Shown here piece by piece: positions 1-12,300 of a stretch of DNA of 64,000 nt; the stretch's first letter is position 1, and each line of letters begins with the position of its first letter. The DNA lies in IMG/VR virus record IMGVR_UViG_3300025828_000014; one strand, given 5' to 3'. The translations under genes and the position numbers were made by a program. The DNA is from a virus. The notes beneath the pieces are model-generated. The model was not told where the DNA came from. It did no database searches and saw only the letters and a list, made by a program, of their open reading frames with translations.

Positions 1-2
1 AT

Positions 3-3000
3 TATATTAGACAAAATTATCCAGAAGATTTTAATGATTATATTGAAAGTTCTGAATACCTATCTTTGATTGATTTAATTGCATTCCTTGGCCAAAATAT
101 TAGCTTTAGGGTTGATCTAAATGCTAGAGAAAATTTTATTGAATTAGCAGAGCGTAGAGAAAGTGTTTTAAGATTAGCAAGACTTATTAGTTATAATGTA
201 ACAAGAAATCAAACTGCCAACGGATTACTCAAAATAGACAGCGTGACGACAACAGAAAATATTGTTGACACAACAGGAACCAACATTTCGGGTAAGTCTG
301 TAAAATGGAATGATCAAACAAATAGTAATTGGTATGAACAATTTATTAAAATTATGAATGCAGCAATGCTTGATCAAAATCAGTTTGGTTCTCCTCGTAA
401 GTCTGACATTGTCAATGGTATTCCAACAGAAAAATATAAACTTAATAATTTACAATCTGCATTTCCAGTGTTCAGTTTTAACAAAGTTATTAACGGCACA
501 AATTTAGATTTTGAAGTTGTTGGTGCTGATATCGACAATGGTGAAATAATTGAAGAAGCGCCGTTGACAGGAAACAAATTCAGTTTGTTATATAGAGACA
601 ACGGCCAAGGCGCAGGTAGTTCCAACACAGGATTTTTCCTACACTTTAGACAAGGAACACTACAACGAGGTGACTTTTCGGTAAGTTTACCCACACCTAA
701 TCAAAATGTAGAAATAGATGCAACAAATGTAAACAACAGTGACGTATGGTTATACAGTTTAAATTCACAAGGAGTTGAGGAAACTGCTTGGACAAAAGTT
801 GATGCTGTTGAAGGTAATAATGTAATTTATAATAGCATTGCAAAAAATATAAAAAATATTTTCAGTGTGTTAACTAGAACAAATGATAGAATTAGTTTAA
901 TTTTTAGCGATGGTGTTTTTGGTAATTTACCTAAAGGCAATTTTAGAGCTTACTATAGAACAAGTGCAAATTTAGATTATACTATTTTTGCAAATAATAT
1001 ACAAAATATCAAAGTCAGTATTCCATATACTTCTGGTATTGGACGCAACGAAACTTTATCAATAGTTTGCAGCCTAAAGCAACCAGTTACCAATGGCGCA
1101 AGCACAGAATCAACAGATAGTATACGTGACAATGCACCTAGCACATACTACACTCAAAACAGATTAATCACAGGTGAGGATTATAACCTAGGTCCGTTGG
1201 GTGTAAGTCAAGATATTATCAAAGCAAAAGCAGTAAACAGAACCAGCAGTGGTATTAATAGATATTATGATTTAAGAGATAGCACAGGAAAATACAGCAC
1301 TACAAATATGTTTGGAACCGACGGAGTTATTTACAAAGATTATAAAACAGAAAAAACAAATTTTAGTTTTGTTACAAAAACTGATATTGAAGGTGTAATA
1401 AACAACACTGTTACTAATCTACTCGAAGATAACAATTTGCGCAATTATTATTATGATAAGTTTACAGATCAAGATTATAGTGATTTAAGCGTAGTTTGGC
1501 AACAAACTACAAAGGATACAAATAGAAGCACTGGATTTATTGTTGATAGTTCAAATGCAAGCGATACATCAGCATTCAAGTATACTGTTTCCAGCTTTAC
1601 AGAAGGTGTATTTAGATATTTAGAACCAGGAGCGTTGGTCAAATTTACTGCGCCAACAGGCCAGCATTTTATGCCTGATGGAACATTGATGTTAGGAGCA
1701 GCAGATCACGCAGGATCTAGTAGTTACAAATGGGTAAAAGTAGTTGCTGTGAATAACGGCGGTAATGAACTGTCTGCATCAGGTCTAGGTGGTATTACAT
1801 TTAATGATATTATTCCTACAGGAGCAATTTTAAATAAAATCAAACCAAAGTTTGTTAGAGATTTAATTGATGATGTAAAAAGTGTTTTAGTAGATCAAAT
1901 ATTTGCATACAGAACTGTTGCGCTAAGATACAACACAAGCACAAGACGTTGGGCAGTAGTGACACAAGAAAATGTTAATACTACTCAAGAATGGAGTAGT
2001 GGGTTAACTGGTGACATTACACAGCAAAATTTAGATAGAAGTTGGCTTGTTTTATTTGAAACCAACGGAGTTGAATACACAATCACATCGAGGACATTAC
2101 GATATGTGTTTGAAAGCGACAAGGAAGTAAGATTCTTTTATGATTCTACTAAAAAGATTTACGATAGTAAAACAGGTGAAATTGTAAGAGACAAAATAAG
2201 CATTTTAAATATTAACAAGAATCTTGCCAGCACAGGTCAATTAACACCGTTCACAGTCGATTATGATTGGGCAGTAAGTGCTGAATACAGAGACGGTATT
2301 GGATACGTAAACAGTAAAAAAGTTGAAGTTGTATTTTTTGATAATGACGACGACGGTGTAGTAGACAATCCTCAAATATTTGAAGATATCACTGCTAACA
2401 ATAATTCGTCACAATCTAAATATGTTTTTGTTAAAAAATCTACAAACGATAATGAGTTTTACTATTATGTAGATGCAGCCGCAGAAAACATTAGAGTAGT
2501 AACAAGTGAAGTAGAAGCAACAGTTACAACACCAGGAGATCCTATTTTTTATGTGTCTTCAACAAACGTTTTTTACAAGGTCAACAGCACAGCAAGAACA
2601 AGACAATTGATTTTTAACTATAAAGGTTACTTGGGTAGAGCAGGATTGAAATTTCAATATTTACATGCAAGCGATGAAAACAATAGAATTGATCCAAGTA
2701 GTAGCAATATAATGGATACATATTTGTTAACAAAACAATATGATACAAGTTATAGACAGTATCTTGCTGGAGCATTTGCTGCCGAGCCATTACCAATGAG
2801 TAGTGATCAGTTATTTAGAACTTATGGCGGCGAAATAAACAAAATAAAAAGTATAAGTGATGAAATTGTTTATCATCCAGTAAAGTTTAAAGTTTTGTTT
2901 GGTTCAAAAGCAAATCCAAGTCTGCAAGCAACTTTAAAAGTTGTAAAAAACACAGACAGAGTAGTTAACGATCAAGATGTAAAAAGTAAAATTATCGAAG

Positions 3001-3365
3001 CAATAGAAGAATTTTTTGCTTTAGAAAATTGGAATTTTGGAGAAACATTTTACTGGAGTGAGCTTAGTGCATATATTATGCAGTCGTTAGCACCTGATTT
3101 ACACAGTATTGTTTTAGTTCCAAACAGTGCTACAGATAGCTTTGGAAGTTTATTTGAAGTAAAGTCTGAAAATGATGAAATATTTATAAGTGGTGCAACA
3201 GTAGATAATGTTGAAATAATTACAGCAATTACAGCAGAACGCCTAAAAGCAAGTGGAGCAATTGTAACATCTGTTAACGATACAAGTCAAGCGGTATCTA
3301 GTTCATCAGAAACAGTTGTGACTACAACAAGTAGTAGTTCTAATAGCGGAGGAAGCAGTTACTAA
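3..3365 (+). CDS. Baseplate wedge subunit, T4 gp6-like (5' partial; frame open from window start)
   Basis: The frame upstream of the TTG at 66 stays open to position 3 (YIRQNYPEDFNDYIESSEYLSLIDLIAFLGQN). gp6/baseplate J-like motifs: 'ENFIELAERRESVLRLARLISY', 'FSDGVFGNLPKG', 'ESTDSIRDNAP..Y.TQNRLITGEDY'. Confidence 0.85.
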   Translation, partial: YIRQNYPEDFNDYIESSEYLSLIDLIAFLGQNISFRVDLNARENFIELAERRESVLRLARLISYNVTRNQTANGLLKIDSVTTTENIVDTTGTNISGKSVKWNDQTNSNWYEQFIKIMNAAMLDQNQFGSPRKSDIVNGIPTEKYKLNNLQSAFPVFSFNKVINGTNLDFEVVGADIDNGEIIEEAPLTGNKFSLLYRDNGQGAGSSNTGFFLHFRQGTLQRGDFSVSLPTPNQNVEIDATNVNNSDVWLYSLNSQGVEETAWTKVDAVEGNNVIYNSIAKNIKNIFSVLTRTNDRISLIFSDGVFGNLPKGNFRAYYRTSANLDYTIFANNIQNIKVSIPYTSGIGRNETLSIVCSLKQPVTNGASTESTDSIRDNAPSTYYTQNRLITGEDYNLGPLGVSQDIIKAKAVNRTSSGINRYYDLRDSTGKYSTTNMFGTDGVIYKDYKTEKTNFSFVTKTDIEGVINNTVTNLLEDNNLRNYYYDKFTDQDYSDLSVVWQQTTKDTNRSTGFIVDSSNASDTSAFKYTVSSFTEGVFRYLEPGALVKFTAPTGQHFMPDGTLMLGAADHAGSSSYKWVKVVAVNNGGNELSASGLGGITFNDIIPTGAILNKIKPKFVRDLIDDVKSVLVDQIFAYRTVALRYNTSTRRWAVVTQENVNTTQEWSSGLTGDITQQNLDRSWLVLFETNGVEYTITSRTLRYVFESDKEVRFFYDSTKKIYDSKTGEIVRDKISILNINKNLASTGQLTPFTVDYDWAVSAEYRDGIGYVNSKKVEVVFFDNDDDGVVDNPQIFEDITANNNSSQSKYVFVKKSTNDNEFYYYVDAAAENIRVVTSEVEATVTTPGDPIFYVSSTNVFYKVNSTARTRQLIFNYKGYLGRAGLKFQYLHASDENNRIDPSSSNIMDTYLLTKQYDTSYRQYLAGAFAAEPLPMSSDQLFRTYGGEINKIKSISDEIVYHPVKFKVLFGSKANPSLQATLKVVKNTDRVVNDQDVKSKIIEAIEEFFALENWNFGETFYWSELSAYIMQSLAPDLHSIVLVPNSATDSFGSLFEVKSENDEIFISGATVDNVEIITAITAERLKASGAIVTSVNDTSQAVSSSSETVVTTTSSSSNSGGSSY

Positions 3366-6300
3366 TGGAAAGTATTGATTATCCATTGCCAATTGGCGAT
3401 TCAGACAGATCAGCTAAAAACTTGTTACCAAGGTATTTTAGAACAGATACAAACAATAAGTTTGTTCAGTCAACCATTGATTCAATGATTTCTGAAGGTG
3501 TAATCGAAAAATTAGATGCATATGTAGGAAGAAGAAATTCTCCTACAGCAAAGGTTACAGATACTTTTTTACCTGATGTATCTACAGATAGAGAAAACTA
3601 TCAGTTTGAATCTAGTATTGTAAGTAAAGATGATTTAGGTAATGTTAATTTTTATGCTTCATATACAGATCTATTAGGTGTTATAAAAACATATAAAGGT
3701 AGTGTGAACAATCACAGTGTGCTAAATTCACAAACAAGTTATAGTTGGAATCCGCACATTGATTTTGATAAGTTTACAAATTTTAGAGAATATTATTGGC
3801 TGCCACTTGGTCCAATTCCGGTTGCTGTTAGTGGATCTCAACGAGGTATAACCAGTGTTTACAATGTTGAGTTGGGAACCGACGATCAAACACAAAGCTA
3901 TGTTTTTTCTCCAGATGGAATAACAAAAAATCCAACATTAAAATTATATAAAGGTCAAACTTATAAATTTGATATTAACACTCCAGGTGAACCTATTTCT
4001 TTTGTAACAAATATTGCATATCAAGATAATGATCCTCTTTTAGAAATTGATGCAGAAAATATCAGCACAATTTACAATACAAATATCAAAAGATACAAAA
4101 GAAATCAAGACGGTGCATACATTGAAACAGACGATGTATGGATTGAAAACGGCCGTATTGAATTTACTCCAGACGATACAGTTCCACCACTTTTATATTA
4201 TGCAAGTAAAAACAATGCAAATATGAATGGATTGCTTAACTTTTATAACATAAATGAAAATTCTCAAATTAATGTAGAAGATGAAATTATAGGTAAAAAA
4301 TCATATCAATCTCCAATTGGTGGAAATTTATCAAATGGTCAGCGTATCTTTTTTGTAGGCGAGGTAACTCCAAAAAAATATGCAACAGGAAATTATTTTG
4401 TTGAAGGAGTTGGGTCTTCTATTAGATTGATACCAGAAACAGAATTAGAAATTCCAGTTCCTTTTACAACAGTAAAAAATGTTCCATTTGATGGCGAGGA
4501 ATTTGGCTTTGACGAATATCCTTATGAAGATGCTGCTGCTTTTGTTGCACAAAAAGATTATATCACAATCAACAGAGGTAGTCCAGATAAAAACCCGTGG
4601 TCAAGATATAACAGATGGTTCCATAGGGATGTTATTGTAGAAAGTTATAACCAAGCAGGGTTACCTGTAGAAATTGACGAGGAAGCTAGAGCCAAGCGTC
4701 CAATTATTGAGTATACATCTGGTTTAAAATTATATAATCATGGTGCTGTTGCAAAAGATAATGTTGATCTAATAGATACGTTTACAACTGATGTTTTTAG
4801 CACTATTGAAGGAAAAGGTGGATACATTATTGATGGTGTTGAAGTCACAGATGGCATGAGATTATTGTTCACAGCTGACAAAGACATACTTGTTGCAGGA
4901 AAAATTTATAAAGTAAAATTTATTAACTTTGGAACAGGCACAATAAAAAATAGACAAATAACTTTAATTGAAGAAGCAGATACTATTCCAAACGAAGGCG
5001 ATACTGTATTAGTTTCTCAAGGTAATGTTAATGCTGGAAAGATGTTCCATTATGCAAATAACAAATGGAATAAAGCTCAAGAAAAAACATCTGTAAATCA
5101 ACAACCTCATTTTGATTTATTTGATTCAAATGCATATAGTTATGGCGATACTACACAGTATGTAGGAACAAGTTTTATAGGGACAAAACTTTTTTCTTAT
5201 GCAAAAGGAAGCGGCTCTAACGATGTAGAACTTGGATTTCCGTTGAAATACCAAAGTATTAACAATTTTGGTGATATTGTTTTTGATTTTAATTATCACA
5301 CCGATAAATTTACCTATCAAGACAGTTCTCAAAATATTGTAGAAAAAAATACTTCAAGTGGTTTCTTCAAAATCTTTAACCAAGACGGCAGTTATAAATG
5401 GAAAAGCGTCTGGGAAAAAACATATTTTAAATCAAGACAACCTGTTATTAGACAATATAACGGACAATTAAATAATTTTCCTGTAGATGTATTTGATAAT
5501 AGTCATTTACTCGATGATCTAGTGGTTAGAGTTTTTGTCAACAACAAAAAGAAAATTGAAGGTGTTGATTACACATTAGATAACACTGTAAAATACAAAC
5601 AAGTAAGATTTTTTAATAATTTAGATAGTGAAAGTATTGTAGTTTTAAAATGTTATAGTTCTGCAAACAAAAACGTTAATGGATATTATGAAATACCAAA
5701 GAATTTGGAAAGCAATCCACAAAATGAAAATCTTACAACATTTACACTCGGTGAAGTAAACAAACATGTTAACAGTATTGTTGAAAATTATCATCCAGTA
5801 GCACAAGGTAGTATACCTGGAAATACAAACCTAAGAGATTTACCAAACATTACTCAATACGGAACGCAGTTTATGAAACACAGCGGACCTGTAAATTTAG
5901 CAGCATATCATTTGGTAGATAAGGATGCAAACATAATTAAATCTATTCAATTTGCTATGAAAGAATACAGCAGATTTAAAAGTAGCTTTCTTTTTACAGC
6001 AAACCAAACTGGATTTCATGGAGATACCAAAAAACATGTTGACTTGATAATGAATACTTTGAACAAAGACAAAACATCAAGTATGCCGTTTTTTGCATCT
6101 GATATGATTCCGATGAATGCAACTACAGAAACGATTCATGAAATAGAATATGACGAAACAGCATATTTGCCTACAAGTTTTACAAACTTTGATTTGAAAA
6201 CTCTCAGCAACAAAGCAGTTTTAGTTTATGTTAACGGCGAACAAAAATATCAAGGTGTAGATTACGATTTTGAAAATGGATTTATAAAATACTATAATCC

Positions 6301-9300
6301 AACAATAGGACAAGACATAGTTGTATATGAATATGAAAACACAAACGGGTGCTATGTTCCACCTACACCAACTAAATTAGGTTTGTATCCGTTATACAAA
6401 CCAGAGTTCCAAACAATTACAGGTGCTAATGGAAATGTTGATGTTATTGTTGGACATGATGGAAGTTATACTGTAAGATTTGATGATTATAGAGATGAAC
6501 TATTATTAGATCTTGAAAAAAGAATTTACAACAATATTAAAACATCTTATAACACTGAATATTTAGATATTCATGATTTTATAGGTGGATTTAATAGAAA
6601 GACAGGTGTTAGTAGAGAAACAATTGATAGCCTTATTCTTGAAGATTTTAGTTCATGGTTAAGCACAGCTGGAAATCCAAATTATACTGAAAATACAAAT
6701 TGGAGCGGCGAAAATAGTTTTACATTTAATTATAGAAGCATGTCAGATGCAGATGGCAATAGATTACCAGGTGGGTGGCGTGCAATCTTTAAACAGTTCT
6801 ATGATACAGACCGTCCGCATACACATCCTTGGGAAATGCTAGGTTTTTCAATTGAGCCTACATGGTGGCAAGATGTTTATGGTCCTGCGCCATACACTCT
6901 AAGTAATACAGTGCTATGGCAAGATTTACGTGACGGTTTTGTAAAAGAACCTGGCAAATCTGTAAAGACATTAGACAAGTATAAACGTCCAAATTTATTG
7001 TCTATTATTCCTACTGACGAAAATGGAAATTTACGTTCACCTTTGGATAGCGGAATAGCACAAGGATTTTATCTACCTTCTACAAGCGAGCCTTTTGTTT
7101 ACGGAGATCAAGGACCAACCGAAAGTGCATTTAGAAATAGCAGTGATTATAGATTTGCTATACTAAAGGCTTGGATTGTAAGTAAGCCATGTGAAGTTTT
7201 TGGATTAGGTTTTGATAGAAGTAGAATTATCAAAGATATGGCAGGCAATTTTGTTTACAATGAAACTGGACAAGCTATTACAACAAAAGATATAATTTTT
7301 CCCACACTCACTGGCAATGAATCAAAACAACATTTTACTGCTGGTTTAATAAATTACATAGCAAATTATGTGAAATGGGCAGTGTCATCTAGTTATGATT
7401 CTTATCAGTCAGATTTAAAAAGGCTAGACAATCAATTAAGCATAAAATTAGCCGGCTTTGCTGAAAAAAATAAATTGAAATTGTTACTTGACAGCAGAAG
7501 TCCGTTGAATAAAACCAGCGTATTTGTTCCAGAAGAAAATTATCAAATATTTTTAAATACTTCTTCAGTTCAACAAGTTGCAACACTTAGTGGCATTTTG
7601 ATTACAGTGAGCGATAGTGGATATATTATAGAAGGTTATGACAATCAAAATCCTTCATTTACAATTTATCCTTATATAGAAACACAAAGTGATAGTGCTA
7701 TTAATGTTGGAGGAATTAGTGAAAAATTCTTAAACTGGAGCGAGTCTAATACATACACAATTGGCACAGTTGTAAAATACAACAATGAATTTTATAGAGC
7801 AAAAGTTTCTCATGTAAGCTCTAATGAATTTGAAAATAAAAATTTTACTAAGTTAGCAGAGCTTCCTGTTCAAGGAGGTAAAACCGGCGTTATTAGAAGA
7901 AGATTCAACAAAACTGCTACAAGTGTTCCTTACGGACAGATTTACAAAACAGAACAAGACGTTGTAGACTTCCTGTTAGGGTATGAAGCATACTTAAAAG
8001 ACGACGGTTGGAACTTTGAAAACATTAATCCTGAAAGTGGGCAAGTAGAAGACATGCTGCTACTAATAAAAGAGTTTTTATTCTTTACCACACAAAACTG
8101 GGACAATGATACAGTATTAGCCATTAGTCCTGCTGCTAACAGAGTTACATTTTCAAAAAACAATTTTACTATTGATAATGTATATGATAATTTTTACGAT
8201 GTATCTATATTAGACGGAAACGGCAATGCAATAGACAGTAGTTTAACAAATATTTTTAGAGACAAAGATACAAAATTTACAATTAATCCTGTTGGCACAC
8301 CGGAAGGTATATTCTTAATTAAATTACCATTAGTGCAAAAAGAACATGTGGTATTGATTGATAATCAAACAGTATTCAATGATGTTATTTTTGATAAAGC
8401 AGCTGGCTTTAGACAAGAACGTATCAAACTTGTAGGGTATAGAACAGATAATTGGACTGGTAGTTTGAGTATACCAGGATTTTTTTATGATGAAGCAAAA
8501 ATTGTTGATTGGCGAGAAAACACAGATTATCGTATAGGCGATGTAGTAAAATACAAAGAATTTTATTATAGTGCATTTGGAAATCATAGTTCTAAACAAA
8601 CATTTGACAATACAAAATGGCGTAGACTATCTGAAAAACCTGTATCGCAAATTTATCCAAACTGGGATTATAAAGTTAATCAGTTTGCAGATTTTTATGA
8701 TTTAGATACAGATAATTTTGACACAGAACAACAACGTTTAGCACAGCATTTAATTGGCTATCAAAAACGTCAATATTTAGAAAATATTATTACCGATAAT
8801 GTGAGCCAATATAAATTTTATCAAGGATTTATACAAGAAAAAGGCACAAATAATGCTATGACCAAGTTGTTTGATGCTTTAGGTTCTTCTAATAAAGACA
8901 GTGTTGAGCTATATGAAGAATGGGCAATTAGAGCTGGACAATACGGAGCAATTGATAATATTCAAGAAATTGAATACAAACTTGACGAAAGCAAATACAG
9001 AATTGAACCGCAGTTATTTGAACTTAATAACAATATTACAATTGGCAGAACTGACTTAGTTTATGAAATTGCTAAAAATCAAGTTTTCAAATCGCCAGAA
9101 GATTACGATCATACATTAACAAGTGTAATATCTAATACGGATACATTTACAAAAAATTCAGGATATGTTAGGTCAGAGGATGTAGAATTTATTGTAACAT
9201 CTAAAGATTCTATTTTGAATATAGATATTGACAACTTAGAAATTGGCAAACACATTTGGGTAACTACTGACAAACAATCTTGGACAGTTTTAAAGCACAG

Positions 9301-12300
9301 TCAAAGTGATTTAGAAATACTAGGATTTACAAATTTAACACTTGCGTCGAGTAATTCTGGTGTAAAAATAAATTGCGATAGACAAGTTGACGATATTGCT
9401 GTTGACGATATTATAGGAATATTTTCTAGTATTCCAAATTTAAAAGGATTTTACAAAGTAACAGAAGTATTAGGCAGTGACATTACATTTGATTTAGGAT
9501 CAAGTGAAATTGAAATTTCTTTTGAAGATCCTGATGATAGTTTTTCAGCAGCCGGCGGCGCAAGTTTAAGTAGATTTGTAACAAGAAGATTTGCTGACTT
9601 TGAAACACTAAATTTAAATATTGAAGATATACAAAAAGATGCAGCTGACAGACTTTGGGTAGACGATAACGGACAAGGTATTTTCAGTGTATACGAAAAT
9701 AACAGTGTAATTAGTTTACAACAAGAATATGCAAATTTAGATTCACAGCTTAACCGTGTAGCGGAATCATATGACATTAACTTTGGAAACACAACACTTG
9801 TTAGAGGTGACAGCACCGACACGTCATCTACAAGAATAGGCAAAGTATCTTTACTGATTAGAAATGCAGAAAGTTTTACATATTCTGCAGGAGCAATTTT
9901 TGAACCAGAACAAGAAGCTGACATAAATTCTGGATACGGTGCAAGTGTTGCAATTTCACCAGATAGTAAATTTATTGCAGTTGGTGCACCACGAGCTGAT
10001 AATGCGTTAACACAATTTAAAGGCACTTATGATCCAACTGAAGCATACGACCAAGGTGATATAGTAGTTGACAGAGGCACACTATGGAGAGCCAAACAAG
10101 CTGTAAGCAACTGGCATGACAGTTATAGCGATAGTAGCACTATTTCTGATAGCGACAGTAATGATTGGGAACCAGCATATTATATTCCTGCTGGTGTAGG
10201 AAATTCATCAGGATTGAGTAATCAAGGTATTGTTCATATTTACAAGTTTGATGATTCTACAAGAGAGTATACCTTAGACATAGTTATGTGTAGTCCTGAT
10301 CCAAATGCAGAAGAACAATTTGGTTATCAAGTAGAATTAAGAAAAAATATAAATGGTATACATCAATTGTATGTTAGTGCTCCTGGTATTGACGTAGGTC
10401 GTGTTTATTTCTTTGAATTTGACGACGAATGGAAGTGGACGAGAAATAGAAGCTACAAAGGTGTGTTTGATGTAAATGAAAAATATAGAGAAAACGATAT
10501 AGTTTTCTACCAAGGTGCATTGTATCAAGCACTTGTTGAAAGAATTCCTCTAACAACTCCTGTTAATGATAAATTACCTACAGATACAAATAGTTGGATT
10601 GCAGCACAAGATATAGAACACACCGGATATATTCCTAATAGATACCAAGAATTAGACGGTGACTCTGATACAGGCGAATCAAATTTTGGCATTAAATTTG
10701 ACGTAAATGACAATGGAGATAAAATTGTTGTTGAGTCTGATGTAAGTAGTGTTAGAACTCTTAGTGTTTATAACAAACCAGTCGATAGATGGAAATATAT
10801 ACAAGAAATAAAAGCAGATACTACAAAAAGAGAAAGCTGGGGTGTAGACTTTGCTATCAATGACGACGGTGATCGTATTGCTGTAGCAGCACCATACAAC
10901 GATGATATATCAAATGATGCTGGCACAGTATACCTGTATAAGCAGCAGTCAGATGATTTGTATACTCTGTCGCAAAATGTTAGAAGTCCTTATAAAGATA
11001 AAAATGAAGCATTCGGAAGTGCAGTTGATTTTAGCGGTAATAAACTTGCAATTTGTGGTAAAAACAGTGATTTAGTTGAAGTTACAGGTTTTGATAACAA
11101 TCAATTAAAACTTGACAATGGTAACACAAGAATATCAAAAACTATACAAGATACAGGCAGAATTGTAGTATTCCAACTAATCAACAACACCTACGTTTAC
11201 GGAGAAGATATAGCATATAAAAGAGATACATCCAATCATGTGCTTGACGATTTTAAATTTAATCAAAATCATTTGTATTTGAATATGCCAACTATTACTG
11301 CCCTTGAAGCAGACAATCCAGCCACAGGAAATTCTAAATATGTAAATAGTGTTAACCAAGGATTGTTAGCTGATTTTAGTTTTACTAAAGGAAAAGATAG
11401 CTGGACTATTTTAACAAGTCAAGTTTCAAAACCAAAAATACAAGAACTACAACAGGTATTTTTGTATAGCGATGACAAAAAAGATATTATACAACGTTTA
11501 GATGTTATAGATCCAAGACAAGGAAAAATTGCAGGTCCAGCAGAACAAGAAATTACATTTAAAACTTGGTATGATCCAGCAGTATATTCTTTTAGCACAG
11601 GCGAACAAGATGTTACAGTAGATGCATATTCAAACTGGACAGATAGATATGTTGGAAAACTATGGTGGGATATTAGCAAAGCAAGTTGGTTTGATCCTTA
11701 TCAAGGTAACAGCAATTATAGAGCAGGTGTGTTCCATAAATTATTGCCTAACGCACAAATACAAGTTTGTGAATGGGTATCGTCAGATTTACTTCCAAGT
11801 GAATGGGACGACTTAGCTGGCACAACTGAAGGTTATGCAAGAGGTGTAACTGGCACTACTCTATACGGTAGCGAAGTGTTTAGTAGCAAGCAAGTTTATG
11901 ATGCTATTAGAAAAAGATTTATAACAAAATATTTTTACTGGGTAAGAAATACGCAAATTGTTCCTAATGTTCCAGGGCGTATTTTAAGTTGTGAATCGGT
12001 AACTAACTTAATCAGAGATCCTGCCTCAACAGGTTATAGATTTATTAGTATACTAGAAAATAACAAATTTGCAATGTATAACACTGCAAGTTTAATTGAA
12101 GGTCGAAATACAATACTACATTTTAGAAAAGAAAAAGATGTAGATTTGAATGTGCCTATACATTACGAGTATAATTTATTAACAGAAGGTTTAGATGTTT
12201 CTATGCCAAGCAAAGACATAGAACAAAAATGGATTGATAGTTTAATTGGATATGATAACATAGGCAACTCAGTTCCAGATGAAAATTTACAAGTTGCTAA

